Part shown: positions 49,476-60,058 of the stretch, one piece after another
Position numbering within the stretch: the first letter of the stretch is position 1
Layout: every line of letters begins with the position of its first letter
Source of the DNA: Terrimicrobiaceae bacterium
Lineage (GTDB): Bacteria; Verrucomicrobiota; Verrucomicrobiia; Chthoniobacterales; Terrimicrobiaceae
NCBI GenBank assembly: GCA_041752695.1
Contig: JBGSVZ010000079.1
Span: forward strand, 1 to 62,482
Reading direction: 5' to 3'
DNA: 62,482 nt
Notes under the pieces: generated by a model
Databases searched by the model: none
What the model was told of the DNA's origin: nothing
What the model saw: only the letters and a program-made list of their open reading frames with translations
Position numbers and translations under genes: made by a program

Positions 49476-51056
49476 ATGCATCAGGGCTCACTGGCTCTTC
49501 TTTTACACGCCCATCTCCCCTTTGTCCGCCATCCCGAACACGAAGAATTCCATGAGGAGGACTGGTTGTACGAGGCTGTCGTGGAAACATACATCCCCCT
49601 TCTGAGGGTCTTCCGCAAGCTGGCGGCCGACAAGGTGCCCTTCCGGCTGACCATGACCATGACGCCAACTGTCTGCGCCATGCTGCGCGACCCGCTGCTG
49701 ATCAGTCGCACCGAGCGGTATCTGGAGCGCGGGGTGGAACTTTCCCGTCTGGAAATCGAACGCACGGCGGGGGATGGCCATTTGAACGGACTGGCCCATT
49801 TTTACCATGGGCGATTCCGCGATTCGCTGGAGTTTTACGTCCACGTGATCAACCGGGACGTGGTGGGGGCTTTCGCCGAACTGCAGCGCGATGGGGTGGT
49901 GGAAATCATCACCTGCGCCGCGACTCATGGGTTTTTGCCGCTAATGGAGCAATATCCCGAGGCGATGCGGGCGCAGATCTTTATCGGGCGCGATTATCAC
50001 CGGGAGTGTTTCGGCTGCGATCCGGCGGGGATCTGGCTGCCGGAATGCGGATACGTACCGGCGGTGGAAAAAATTTTGCAGGAGGCCAACATCCGGTGGT
50101 TTGTGGTGGACGCGCATGGGTTGATGTATGGCGAGCCGCGCCCGAGGTTTGCCATTTTTTCGCCGTATTACACCGAGGCGGGTCCAGCGGTGTTTGGACG
50201 CGACCGGGATTCCAGTCGTCAGGTTTGGAGTGCGAAGGAAGGCTACCCGGGCGATCCCGCCTATCGCGATTTTTACCGGGATATCGGAATGGACCTGCCG
50301 GAAGAGTATATTGGCAGGGTCTTTCCCCAAGTGGGACACCGGCGCTACACCGGCATCAAATACCACCGCATCACTGGCAGCGAACACAAGGACCTCTACC
50401 ATCGCGACTGGGCGGCGGGGGCGGTGGATTCCCACGCGGCGCATTTTGTGCAGAGCCGAGTGCAGCAGATTGAGCAACTCTCCGGCTCGCTGCCGGTCGA
50501 GCCTATCGTGGTGAGCCCTTTCGATGCCGAACTTTTCGGCCACTGGTGGTTTGAAGGCCCGGAGTTCCTCGATCTGGTCCTGCGGAAGGCGGCCTACGAC
50601 CAAAAGGCTTTTCAACTGACCACCCCGACCAGCTATCTGGCCCGGCATCCGACCCTCCAGATGGTCGCGCCGTCCCCGTCGAGCTGGGGCAACAAGGGGT
50701 ATTGGGAAGTCTGGCTCGACCACTGCAACTCCTGGATTTATCCGCACCTTCATGCCGCGGCCGGGCGCATGACCGAGATGGCGCGGAAACATCGCAAGAC
50801 CCGTTCGAAACACACCGGGCGGCTCCTCAGTCAGATGGCCCGGGAACTCTTGCTGGCGCAGTCCAGTGACTGGGCGTTTCTGATGAAAACCGGCACCGCC
50901 CGGGAGTATGCCGAGAAGCGCACAAAAGATCATCTCCTGCGCTTCACGCGGCTTTATGAGACACTCAAAGACGGACGCAAGGATGAGGCGCTGCTTGCGG
51001 CGTGCGAAGAACGGGATAACCTCTTCCCGAATTTGAACTGGCACTACTACGCTTGA
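49476..51056 (+). CDS. GH57 (DUF1957) 1,4-alpha-glucan branching enzyme-like protein
   Basis: LHAHLPFV, ETYIPL, GIWLPECG, PFDAELFGHWWFEG, AQSSDWAF. Confidence 0.93.
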   Translation: MHQGSLALLLHAHLPFVRHPEHEEFHEEDWLYEAVVETYIPLLRVFRKLAADKVPFRLTMTMTPTVCAMLRDPLLISRTERYLERGVELSRLEIERTAGDGHLNGLAHFYHGRFRDSLEFYVHVINRDVVGAFAELQRDGVVEIITCAATHGFLPLMEQYPEAMRAQIFIGRDYHRECFGCDPAGIWLPECGYVPAVEKILQEANIRWFVVDAHGLMYGEPRPRFAIFSPYYTEAGPAVFGRDRDSSRQVWSAKEGYPGDPAYRDFYRDIGMDLPEEYIGRVFPQVGHRRYTGIKYHRITGSEHKDLYHRDWAAGAVDSHAAHFVQSRVQQIEQLSGSLPVEPIVVSPFDAELFGHWWFEGPEFLDLVLRKAAYDQKAFQLTTPTSYLARHPTLQMVAPSPSSWGNKGYWEVWLDHCNSWIYPHLHAAAGRMTEMARKHRKTRSKHTGRLLSQMARELLLAQSSDWAFLMKTGTAREYAEKRTKDHLLRFTRLYETLKDGRKDEALLAACEERDNLFPNLNWHYYA

Positions 51057-52588
51057 GAAGCGCTCTTCTGGTCCTTTTTTTCACCGGTCTCCTTCCGGCG
51101 TGCCTGTTTGCCGAGGAACAGCGGTTTGCGTTTGCCATTCCCGAGACGGAGGGGCGGATATCGTTGGGGGTTTACGATGCGGCGGGGAAGCTGGTTCGGA
51201 CGCTTTACGCGGGAGCGGAGGAGAAGGATTTTCAGATCGGGCTCAACGGGCTGCTGGCCTCGTGGGATGGGAAAGACGACCATGGGACCGCTCAACCGGC
51301 GGGAAAATATCACATCCGCGGCTGGCTGGCGGCCGACTCCATCAAGGCGGAGGGCGTCGCGTATCATTTTAACGATTGGATCGTGGACGAGACTTCCCCC
51401 GAGATCAGCGGGATCGGCGCGGTGGTGCCGGGGGAGGGGGACTCGTTTGTGCTCTTCGGGTTTCGTCCCGGACGCGCTCCGGGAGGGATCGGGTTGACCG
51501 ACGCCGCCCTCTGGCAATTCCAGGAAACCAACGGTCTCACCCTGCTGGCCGACTTGCCTTACAAATCCGCCTTCCTTGCCGGGGATACGACGAGGCTGGG
51601 GGTGGACGATCGAAACGGTGTTCGCCTGCTCGTTTACGATCTGGCTACACCGGACAACCCGACGGTCCTCGAAAACAACTCCGACGCGCTCACGGGGGCT
51701 TTTTTTGGCGGTTCTTTTTTTCTGAAACGCCGCCCGGACAGCGCCGACCTCGCGGTTTTTCCGCTGACTTCCCCGGAGGTCGTGGTTCCCATCGCTGCGC
51801 CGCCGGGAGCGACGCGGCTGGACGCCAACAGTGCGGCCCTGCTGGCTTGGAATGCGGAAAAGGTCTGGCTGCGCCGATCGGAAACCTTCGAGCAGGCGCC
51901 GATCCCGGAGTTGCCGACAAATTTTCACCTTTCCGCGGGTCCCGCCGAAACGCTTTGGGTCGCCGGCCGGGTCGGCGCGGACATTGTGGTGCGGCAGCAT
52001 GCGTTTGGGGGCGAGTTGCTTCGGGAGATGAAAATTCAGGAGGATTTCGCCGAGGAGGTGCATGTCTATGCCAGCAAGAGCGCCCTGAGTTTTTACCTGC
52101 TCTTGCAGTCCCCTGGATGGAGCCGCCAAACGCTCCGCGGCTATCGCCCGGCCGCAAATCCCGCCCCCGCGACAGATGACGGTCCCGTCCAGGTCGATTG
52201 GGAGATCTTTCTCGACAAGACCATCGAGAACAGCCGCCGATTTGGCCTGCGGGAGGGCAAGTTGGTCGCGGGAGTTGGTGAGGCGCCACAGTCCACCGAA
52301 AAAAGAATTGCTCTGCCGGCGGATGCCATGACGGGAAAAAAGGCCGCGGTGACCTTGCGGGCGTTGACGACCCCGGCCGGACTCTGGCTGGCCGCCGTGG
52401 ACGGATTGCCTTTGCTGAAGCTGACCGACGCAACCACGTACAATCGTTTTGTCGTCACTTCCGGGGAGGGTTCGGGTTCCCTGCGGCTCTTCGCTGGGAA
52501 TGGCGTGGTGGTGGCGGAATATCTCTTTACCGGTCTCGACGGGCTGGTGGCGATTGATGCCGGCGAGGTGGAACTCTCTGGAAAATGA
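51053..52588 (+). CDS. Secreted protein with an N-terminal FlgD Ig-like domain
   Basis: ISLGVYDAAGKLVRTL...WDGKDD.G...PAGKY. Confidence 0.75.
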   Translation: MRSALLVLFFTGLLPACLFAEEQRFAFAIPETEGRISLGVYDAAGKLVRTLYAGAEEKDFQIGLNGLLASWDGKDDHGTAQPAGKYHIRGWLAADSIKAEGVAYHFNDWIVDETSPEISGIGAVVPGEGDSFVLFGFRPGRAPGGIGLTDAALWQFQETNGLTLLADLPYKSAFLAGDTTRLGVDDRNGVRLLVYDLATPDNPTVLENNSDALTGAFFGGSFFLKRRPDSADLAVFPLTSPEVVVPIAAPPGATRLDANSAALLAWNAEKVWLRRSETFEQAPIPELPTNFHLSAGPAETLWVAGRVGADIVVRQHAFGGELLREMKIQEDFAEEVHVYASKSALSFYLLLQSPGWSRQTLRGYRPAANPAPATDDGPVQVDWEIFLDKTIENSRRFGLREGKLVAGVGEAPQSTEKRIALPADAMTGKKAAVTLRALTTPAGLWLAAVDGLPLLKLTDATTYNRFVVTSGEGSGSLRLFAGNGVVVAEYLFTGLDGLVAIDAGEVELSGK

Positions 52589-52639
52589 CTGCATTCCACG
52601 ATTTGACCTCGTTGCCTCCGGCCACTATCTAACAACCCA

Positions 52640-53164
52640 ATGATTTTTCGAAACCTGCTCCTGTTGCTATTCGCCGGCCTCGTGGTCACCGCGAATCTGC
52701 CTGCCGCGGAGGAGATCAAAGTGCCTTTTAACTTCCAGTGGGGCGAAGCCGCGGCCCGCCTCGAGGAGAGTCTGAAACGGGTCCAAGCCAAGGTGGTGGA
52801 ACGCAAGCAACTGGGGAGCCGGCTCTGCCTGGTCGTGCAGGGCATCCCGCAGCCCCTCCTCCAGAAGGCTTTGTTTTATTTTGAAAACGACTCGCTCAAC
52901 GAGATCGAACTGCATTACGGCGATCCGAAATGGGACTCGGTCCGCTACGGCGAATTTTTTGATCAGACGCGCCGAAATATTGAGGGCAAGTATGGGATCG
53001 GTCGCGTGATCGCCCGGCAAAAGACCCGCGAAGGTGAGGTCCTCCAGACCATCATCGGCTACCAGTGGGCGCAGGATGTTTCCACGCTCAGTTTGTATTA
53101 TTACACGGCCGAGCGTGGTGCCGATAGTTACCGGCTCCTCAGTCTGCATTATCGCGGATTCTGA
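52640..53164 (+). CDS. Secreted hypothetical protein
   Basis: Signal peptide; PFNFQWG. Confidence 0.7.
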   Translation: MIFRNLLLLLFAGLVVTANLPAAEEIKVPFNFQWGEAAARLEESLKRVQAKVVERKQLGSRLCLVVQGIPQPLLQKALFYFENDSLNEIELHYGDPKWDSVRYGEFFDQTRRNIEGKYGIGRVIARQKTREGEVLQTIIGYQWAQDVSTLSLYYYTAERGADSYRLLSLHYRGF

Positions 53165-53257
53165 GTCTTACCTGACGGCCCCGGGCGGGATCGCCTGATG
53201 CCGCCGACATGGCGTCCCCCGCATCCGCGGCTTCTCCCGCCACCGATTGAGCAGAGT

Positions 53258-53662
53258 ATGAAAACAAACATGCTCTTGAAAACTCTCGCGGTTGTCGCCG
53301 CCCTGCCCCTGGCAGCTTTTGCGGGTAATCCCGACACCAGCTCCACCAGCAAAGGCGGAACCAGCGACAGCGCCGAAAAAATGGAAGCCCGCACGGAAGC
53401 GCCGATCAAGGATGGTATCATCCGCAAGACCGACGCCGTCTACGTTTACAACGCTGGCGAGTCCAAGAAAGTCGAAGCGAAAATGGTCGTCGCCGAAGGC
53501 GTCACCGTCGAACCCAACGGCAAGGTCATCTGGGCCTCCGGCAAAGAAATGATGCTGAGTGAAGGTGAGAAAGTCTCCTTCGACGGCACACTCCTCAAAG
53601 AACCCAAAGCGGCCGGCCCCGACCGTAACGCCATTCAAGGCACCTCAGGTGCCAAGGATTAA
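53258..53662 (+). CDS. Secreted hypothetical protein (DUF6799-like beta domain)
   Basis: Signal peptide; GVTVEPNG...LSEGE..SFDG. Confidence 0.65.
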   Translation: MKTNMLLKTLAVVAALPLAAFAGNPDTSSTSKGGTSDSAEKMEARTEAPIKDGIIRKTDAVYVYNAGESKKVEAKMVVAEGVTVEPNGKVIWASGKEMMLSEGEKVSFDGTLLKEPKAAGPDRNAIQGTSGAKD

Positions 53663-53685
53663 CCCAATCCAGCTTTAACCCGCCG

Positions 53686-54051
53686 TCACCCTTCGGGGTG
53701 GCGGTTTTTTTTCCAGAGGGCGAGTGCCCTGGCCTCGGATTCGTTGGTCGCCGTTGCGATCAACGTGGAAAGTCCCGCCGCCTGGAACACCTTGGCCACG
53801 GAAGGCTGGGGATTGAGCAACACCAAACGTTGCTCCCGTTTGTCGAGCACCTTGTAGGCCTCGATCAAGAGGCGCATTCCGAAGGAGGCCAGGAAATCGA
53901 CCTTGGCAAAATCCACCACGACGGGCTTCTGGGCTTCGCCAATGACCTCCAGGAACCGCGCTTCAATTTCCTGGGAACCGTCGAGGTCGAGCGAACCTTC
54001 GAACGCCAGAAAGGTCAGGTCGTCTCCCGCCTCGATCGCTGTGAATTTCAT
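53686..54051 (-). CDS. STAS domain anti-sigma factor antagonist
   Basis: GSLD, VDF..VDFLASFGMR, V..VF..AG. Confidence 0.9.
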   Translation of the reverse strand: MKFTAIEAGDDLTFLAFEGSLDLDGSQEIEARFLEVIGEAQKPVVVDFAKVDFLASFGMRLLIEAYKVLDKREQRLVLLNPQPSVAKVFQAAGLSTLIATATNESEARALALWKKNRHPEG

Positions 54052-54082
54052 AAGGGATACCTTGACGAAACCAAACGATTCG

Positions 54083-55546
54083 TCACGCCGGAAAGTCCAT
54101 CGCGAGAAACGAATAGTCGTCGTCGAGATCTTCCCCGGTGTGAATCCCGCGAATCCAAGTCAGGACGTCACCGGGCAGGGTCGGGCTGCGTCCGTGCTCC
54201 AGCAGGAAGGGGAGAAAATCCGTGTCGAACTCAATCATGGAGCCGTCGGGCCTTTTGATTTCATAGGCGCCATCGCAATAGACCAGCAGCCGTGAGCCAG
54301 GCGGAACGTCCGCCGTGGCGCTCCGGTAGGTCATGTCCGGCATGCCACCAATCAACATTCCCGAGGAGAGAAGTTGCTCGAGGGAGTCGCCTTCCGGCCC
54401 GGGTTTAAGCAGGATCGCCGGCGGGTGACCGCCCGAGGCGTGCCGCACGGTCCGGGTGGTGGTGTCATACACCCCATACCAGATGGTGAAATACATGTTG
54501 TTATGACGCTCCATCTGGAACGTCTCATTTAACCCGGCCAGCACTTGCGCCGGATCGAGAAAATCGATTTCCGGTAGCGACCCCGACCGAATCACGTTGA
54601 TGGCCGCGACGGAGAGCAACGCGGCGCCCACTCCGTGGCCACACACGTCGAGCAGGTAGATGGCAAAGTGGGTCTCATCAATCCAGTGGTAGCCAAACGA
54701 ATCCCCGCCCAACTCGGTGGAGGGATCATAAGCCCAGGTGATTTTGAAGGGCGATTCCATCGGCTCCGGCAGGATGGACGTGACGTATTTCGCGGCCTCC
54801 TGGAGTTCGTCCTCCAGGCGTTTTTGGGTTTCTTCGATCCGGCGCAGATACGCCTTTTCCTGGTCGTGAAAGGTCTTCTTTTCCAAGCTGGCCCCGATGC
54901 GCGCGCGGAGCAGGGTGGGGTTGAACGGTTTGGGGAGGAAATCTTCCGCCCCACTCTCGATGCAGCGGACGACGTTTTCGATTTCGTCCAGCGCGGAGAT
55001 CATGATTACCGGAATGTGGCGCAGCGCGGGGTCGGCCTTGATGCACCCGAGCGCCGTGAAGCCGTCCATCTCGGGCATCATCACATCCAATAGAATGAGG
55101 TCGCAGGGTTCCTTCGCCAGTATCTCAAGGGCGTGACGGCCATTCTCGGCCTGCATGGTCTGATGCCCCTGACGCTCCAGGCGTTTGGCCAGGACGTCCC
55201 GGTTGTCCGGGTGGTCGTCCACAATCAGGATGCGTCCGGAAATCGTGGAAAGATGTTCGCGGTATTCCGGCGGCACCGCTTCGAGCGAACCCGCCACTTT
55301 GGCGTAATCGTTGGCCGCAATGGCCTCCTGCAGACTGATGCCGCTGAAGCTCTCGTCCGACAACCGCGAACTGATCAATTCCAGCAACTGCCGGGCGGCG
55401 GTGGTGATGCGGGTGAGGTCTTTGAGATTTTTGACACCCTGGTCAGCCAGATCCTCGGCGAGCAATTCGCCGTAGCCCATGATGTGATTGATCGGCGTGC
55501 GCAGGTCGTGGCGCAGTTTCGCCAGGGGAGATTTTTCGTCGGACAC
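54083..55546 (-). CDS. HisKA-like / receiver / SpoIIE (PP2C) phosphatase
   Basis: RHDLRTPIN, ILIVDD...LLDVMMP, LGGD, DVCGHG, CDG, DDYS. Confidence 0.9.
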   Translation of the reverse strand: MSDEKSPLAKLRHDLRTPINHIMGYGELLAEDLADQGVKNLKDLTRITTAARQLLELISSRLSDESFSGISLQEAIAANDYAKVAGSLEAVPPEYREHLSTISGRILIVDDHPDNRDVLAKRLERQGHQTMQAENGRHALEILAKEPCDLILLDVMMPEMDGFTALGCIKADPALRHIPVIMISALDEIENVVRCIESGAEDFLPKPFNPTLLRARIGASLEKKTFHDQEKAYLRRIEETQKRLEDELQEAAKYVTSILPEPMESPFKITWAYDPSTELGGDSFGYHWIDETHFAIYLLDVCGHGVGAALLSVAAINVIRSGSLPEIDFLDPAQVLAGLNETFQMERHNNMYFTIWYGVYDTTTRTVRHASGGHPPAILLKPGPEGDSLEQLLSSGMLIGGMPDMTYRSATADVPPGSRLLVYCDGAYEIKRPDGSMIEFDTDFLPFLLEHGRSPTLPGDVLTWIRGIHTGEDLDDDYSFLAMDFPA

Positions 55547-55549
55547 AGT

Positions 55550-55939
55550 TTAGTTTTGCGGAGCGCTTTTGCCGACGCGGACGAGTTGCTCCGCGATCTT
55601 GCCGAGCAGGCGGTCGAGTTCGATGGGCTTCGTGTCGTAGTCGTCGCACCCGGCGGCCAGAGCCTGTTCGCGGTCGCCCGACATCGCGTGTGCGGTGAGG
55701 GCGATCACCGGAATCGCCGTCGTGGCCGGATCTCCCTTGATCCGGCGCGTGGCCTCCCAGCCGTCAATGACAGGCAGGCTCATGTCCATGAGGATGACAT
55801 CCGGGGCCTCCGCGAGGGAAAGGTCGACGCCCTGCTGCCCATCCACCGCGATCACCAGTTCATAACCGCGACGGGTGAGGCGGCGCGAGAGCATGTCGCG
55901 GTTCATTTCGTTGTCTTCGACGAGGAGGATCTTGGGCAT
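55550..55939 (-). CDS. Single-domain response regulator (DivK-like)
   Basis: ILLVEDN, LMDMSLP, ALTAHA, TKP. Confidence 0.93.
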   Translation of the reverse strand: MPKILLVEDNEMNRDMLSRRLTRRGYELVIAVDGQQGVDLSLAEAPDVILMDMSLPVIDGWEATRRIKGDPATTAIPVIALTAHAMSGDREQALAAGCDDYDTKPIELDRLLGKIAEQLVRVGKSAPQN

Positions 55940-55993
55940 GGCAGGGGAATTATAAATGAGGGTTTCTGGTCGCGACGCTGGGTTTTGGCGGTC

Positions 55994-58489
55994 TTAAAAC
56001 TTTTTCGCCAGCATGGCGGTGATGTCGTGCAGAAGTTTGTCGCGGTCAACCGCGCCTTTTTGGATCACCTGGCTCACACTCCCGGTCAGGCGTTCACGGT
56101 CCTCGGTGTTCAGGTCTTTCGCGGTGATCACCACGATGGGGATATGTTCGTTTCCGGGCCGCGTGCGCAGCAGGGCGAGAAACTCGAACCCGTCCATCAC
56201 CGGCATCATCAGATCCAGCAAAATGATCCCCGGGGTTTCTTCCGCGACACGTTCAAGCGCCTCACTGCCGTTAGCCGCCTCGACGTAGCGCACGTTTTCT
56301 TTTTCCAGCATCCGGCAGAGAAGCTGGCGGTTGCCGGGATCGTCCTCGACCACGAGGGCGTAGGTCGCCGGCTGGCCGCAGTATTTCGCCAGCACCTCCC
56401 GCAGCTTGTCGTGGTTGACCGGTTTGGTGAGAAACTCCGCCGCACCCAGGGCAAAGCCAAACTGCCGATCCTGCAGCATGGTCACCATGATGACGGGAAT
56501 GTGGGAAATGGTCGGATCCGACTTCAGGGCCGTCAACACGGACCAGCCGTCCATGCCCGGCATCATCACATCCAGGGTGATCGCGGCGGGGAGTCTCTCG
56601 CGGGCAATTTCCAATCCCTCCGCCCCGCTGTTGGCGACCAGCACATCATACCCGGACTTGGTCAGGTTGCGTTTCAGGATGTCGGCCGCGTCTTGATCGT
56701 CGTCGATCACCAGAATCAGTTTTTGTTCGGAGGGGGAGGTTTGTGCCCTCGCGGAGGCCTGCTCTGGGCTCTGTTCCTGCACGGCGGCCGGAAGGTCAAC
56801 GATGAATTTTGTGCCCTTGCCCGGCTCACTGGTCACGGCGATATCTCCGCCCATCATCTGGCAAAATTTTCGACTGATGACGAGTCCGAGTCCGGTGCCT
56901 CCATACTTCCGAGTCGTGGAGGCATCCGCCTGGGTGAAGGCCTGAAACAGCCGCCCCACCTGTTCCTTGGTCATGCCGATGCCGGTGTCGGTCACGCAGA
57001 AGGTGATGCGCTCGCCGCTGGGATTTTGCAGGCGCTCAATGGTGAGGTTCACCTTGCCCCGTTCGGTAAATTTCGAGGCATTGCTGAGCAGGTTAAAAAG
57101 CGTCTGGCGGATTTTTGTCAGGTCGCCCCGCATCGTGCCGCAATCCACCGGGTACTCGACCTCCAGCGTGTTGGCGTTTTTTTCCATCAGGGGCTGAATG
57201 GTCGAGACCACTTCCTGCACCATGTCGGCGACTTTAAATTCCTCGATGAAAAGCGACATCTTGCCCGCTTCGATTTTTGAGAGATCGAGCACGTCGTTGA
57301 TCAGGGAGAGCAGGTGTTTGCCGGCGGCCCGGATTTTGGCGAGGTCAGGCGTGAGTTCCTTCAGGTCGAGGTCCTCCGCTTCCTCGATGAGCATTTCGCT
57401 ATAGCCGATAATCGCATTCATCGGGGTGCGCAGTTCATGGCTCATGTTCGCCAGGAAGGTGCTTTTGGTGCGGTTGGCCGATTCCGCGGCGTTGCGGGCC
57501 TCGACGGCTTCCTCCCGGGCGGTCTCGGCCGTGTTGAGCGCCACGGAGAGGCGGGAGGCCAGCCAGAAGGAAACAATCAGGACCCCAAGAATAATGACGC
57601 CGGCCACGCCGTAAATCTGCCAGATGATTTCCACGGTTTTGGCCGAGATGTCGGGCACATACATCGCGGAGATCACGTCGTAGTCCCAGGGCACGAAGGT
57701 CGCTTTCTGGAAACGCCAGTCCGGCACTTCCTCGCCATGGGCGGCCGCCAGAACAATGCGCTGGGCCTCGGCCGGATTCATCGCGCTCCGGGTCCGCAGC
57801 ACGATTTGGTCCGCAGGATCCAGGAGGGCAAAAAACCCGTTCTCCAGCAAACCGCGATCTTCCAGCACCTCCCGCAGGCTGGAAAGCGTGTCGAGCGGAT
57901 AGCCGACGTAATACGCCCCGATCACCTCGCCGGCGGAATTGAGAATGGGTTCGTAGCCGGTGATGAACGGTTTTCCGAGGATATCCACCGCCCCGTAAAA
58001 AGCCTCGCCCCTGCGCAGGGCCGCGATGGCGGGGCCCTCGGGATCCAGCATCGTGCCGATGGCGCGCTTGCCCTCAGGGGTTTTGACGTTGGTGCTCACC
58101 CGGAGAAATTCCTCCCCGCGCCGGATGAAAAGCGTCGCCGTGCCGCCCATGATCTCCGTCACTTTGTCCACGATGGAAAAATCCGTGGACGCGACGTGTT
58201 CTCCGAAGACCAGCATTTCCCGGTCGGGCCCCGTCACCAGGGAGGCCGGCCCTTTCTGCTCCGCGAGCATCTTCAAGACGTGCATCGAGGACTCCACGAG
58301 ATCGGCGTAGATGGAGTTCGTCGCGTTCAGCACGTCGATCACGTGGGCGGTCTTCGAGGTCATCTGCGCCTGGGTTTCGTGCCGGATGTAGTCCGACAGA
58401 CGGCCAAATCCCGCAAAGCCCGCGATCCCCACCGCCAGAACGACGAGGAGAAACCAGATGATGACCTTGAGACGCAGGGAGCGGTGCAT
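55994..58489 (-). CDS. Hybrid sensor histidine kinase, Cache domain plus two receivers
   Basis: TM-Cache (GGTATLF, RVSTNV, RAIGT)-[31 protein letters not shown], two REC domains. Confidence 0.95.
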   Translation of the reverse strand: MHRSLRLKVIIWFLLVVLAVGIAGFAGFGRLSDYIRHETQAQMTSKTAHVIDVLNATNSIYADLVESSMHVLKMLAEQKGPASLVTGPDREMLVFGEHVASTDFSIVDKVTEIMGGTATLFIRRGEEFLRVSTNVKTPEGKRAIGTMLDPEGPAIAALRRGEAFYGAVDILGKPFITGYEPILNSAGEVIGAYYVGYPLDTLSSLREVLEDRGLLENGFFALLDPADQIVLRTRSAMNPAEAQRIVLAAAHGEEVPDWRFQKATFVPWDYDVISAMYVPDISAKTVEIIWQIYGVAGVIILGVLIVSFWLASRLSVALNTAETAREEAVEARNAAESANRTKSTFLANMSHELRTPMNAIIGYSEMLIEEAEDLDLKELTPDLAKIRAAGKHLLSLINDVLDLSKIEAGKMSLFIEEFKVADMVQEVVSTIQPLMEKNANTLEVEYPVDCGTMRGDLTKIRQTLFNLLSNASKFTERGKVNLTIERLQNPSGERITFCVTDTGIGMTKEQVGRLFQAFTQADASTTRKYGGTGLGLVISRKFCQMMGGDIAVTSEPGKGTKFIVDLPAAVQEQSPEQASARAQTSPSEQKLILVIDDDQDAADILKRNLTKSGYDVLVANSGAEGLEIARERLPAAITLDVMMPGMDGWSVLTALKSDPTISHIPVIMVTMLQDRQFGFALGAAEFLTKPVNHDKLREVLAKYCGQPATYALVVEDDPGNRQLLCRMLEKENVRYVEAANGSEALERVAEETPGIILLDLMMPVMDGFEFLALLRTRPGNEHIPIVVITAKDLNTEDRERLTGSVSQVIQKGAVDRDKLLHDITAMLAKKF

Positions 58490-58607
58490 GTTGGGTGTGA
58501 TAACGTCTCCGCGCACCCCGCGGAATGCCGGAAAGATAAAAATGCGGTTGCGCGGAACAAGCATAATTCGCTAACACCTAAAGAAGTCTCACCACTTTTT
58601 ACTTCCC

Positions 58608-58961
58608 ATGGCCGCTTTTCAGACTTCCTCCGATGGCACAATCAACATTCTCGTCGTCTCCGGGCGCCTGGATCCGAACGCCGGCAAGGATTTGAAAGAC
58701 ACCATGACCGCCCTCACCGACGGCGAGACGCCCGGCGATCTCCTGGTGGACCTGGAAAACCTCGACTACATGGCCAGTGCCGGGTTTCGGGAGCTGTTCC
58801 TCGCCGGCCGCAAGGTGGCGCGCGGCGGTGGCCGGCTGGTCGTCAGCGGCCTGCGCGGCGAAGTGAAGCGGGTCTTTGAGCTCGCGCGCTTCGACACCGC
58901 CTATCCCATTTTTGAGACCCGCCAGCTGGCCCTCGATTTTCTCAAGGCCCCAAAGGCCTAG
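58608..58961 (+). CDS. STAS domain anti-sigma factor antagonist
   Basis: GRLD, LDYMASAGFR, VKRVFELA. Confidence 0.9.
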   Translation: MAAFQTSSDGTINILVVSGRLDPNAGKDLKDTMTALTDGETPGDLLVDLENLDYMASAGFRELFLAGRKVARGGGRLVVSGLRGEVKRVFELARFDTAYPIFETRQLALDFLKAPKA

Positions 58962-58996
58962 AGCGGTCTGCAGAATACTGCGACCCGGGCTGTGAT

Positions 58997-59020
58997 GTAG
59001 TCACGGCGCTCTGTCGCCGC
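58997..59020 (+). repeat. GTAG-type REP-like palindrome
   Basis: GTAGTCA CGGCG CTCTGT CGCCG between convergent genes. Confidence 0.5.
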
Positions 59021-59041
59021 TTCCCGTTTCCGTCTCTGCGC

Positions 59042-60049
59042 TCAGGCCCGCGGCTCCGCCTCCGCCTTGGGCGGACGGCCCAGCAACTCCCACATGGCCT
59101 CGTGGGGCGGTTTTCCCTCGTAGAGCACGGCATGGATCGAGGACGTAATGGGAGCCTCAATGCCGAAACGCTGCGCACATTGCCACGCCCCGAGCGCCGT
59201 GGGCACCCCCTCGGCCACCGTCTGCATCGAGGTCTGGATCTGCGTGCGGCTTTCGCCCTGGCCCAGCCGCTCCCCAAATTTCCGATTGCGGCTGTGCTGA
59301 CTGAAACACGTCACCATCAAATCTCCGATGCCACTCAGCCCGAAAAAGGTTTCCTGGCGTCCGCCCAAGGCCGTCCCCAGGCGCATCATCTCCGCCAGCG
59401 CCCGCGTCACGAGCGCCGCCTTGGCGTTGTCCCCCATGCTGAACCCATCCGACACACCCGCCCCGATGGCGAAGATATTCTTCAGAGCGCCGCCCAGTTG
59501 AATCCCCGTCACGTCATCACTTGTGTACGCCCGGAAACTCGGCAACGAAAACGTCTTCTGCAAATGATCCAGGATTTCCGCATGCACGGACCCGATGACT
59601 CCGGCCGCGGGGATGCGGCGGGCCACCTCCACCGCATGATTCGGACCCGAAAGTACCCCCACCGGATTCCCCGGCAGGCACTCTTCGAGGATCTGACTCA
59701 TCAACTTGCCGCTGTCGTGCTCGATCCCCTTCGTGCAGGAAACCAACACCGTCGCCGCATCGGGACCGAGCGCCGCCAATTTGCCCGCAATCTCGCGGAT
59801 GGCCTTCGACGGCGTGACAAAAAGGATCAACTCCGCATCCAGCGTGTCCGCCAGATTGGCCGTCGCATAGACATTCGGCGGAAGTCGCACGCCGGGCAGA
59901 TAGGTTTCATTTGTGCGGTGACTCACCAGTTCCTCCGCCACGGCCGCGTTGTGCGCCCAAAGCCTCACCTGCGCGCGATTTTCCGCCAGAAGGAGCGCCA
60001 GGGCTGTTCCCCAGCCACCCGCACCGATGACACTGATTTTTTTAAACAT
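59042..60049 (-). CDS. gpsA: NAD(P)H-dependent glycerol-3-phosphate dehydrogenase
   Basis: GAGGWGTA, TKGIE, SGPNHA, GGALKN, GDL..TC, SRN, AEGV. Confidence 0.96.
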   Translation of the reverse strand: MFKKISVIGAGGWGTALALLLAENRAQVRLWAHNAAVAEELVSHRTNETYLPGVRLPPNVYATANLADTLDAELILFVTPSKAIREIAGKLAALGPDAATVLVSCTKGIEHDSGKLMSQILEECLPGNPVGVLSGPNHAVEVARRIPAAGVIGSVHAEILDHLQKTFSLPSFRAYTSDDVTGIQLGGALKNIFAIGAGVSDGFSMGDNAKAALVTRALAEMMRLGTALGGRQETFFGLSGIGDLMVTCFSQHSRNRKFGERLGQGESRTQIQTSMQTVAEGVPTALGAWQCAQRFGIEAPITSSIHAVLYEGKPPHEAMWELLGRPPKAEAEPRA

Positions 60050-60058
60050 GGGAAGAGA

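Noticed and set aside
55133..58879. 715-aa and 521-aa plus-strand ORFs
   Set aside because: Antisense to a clear kinase/regulator operon.
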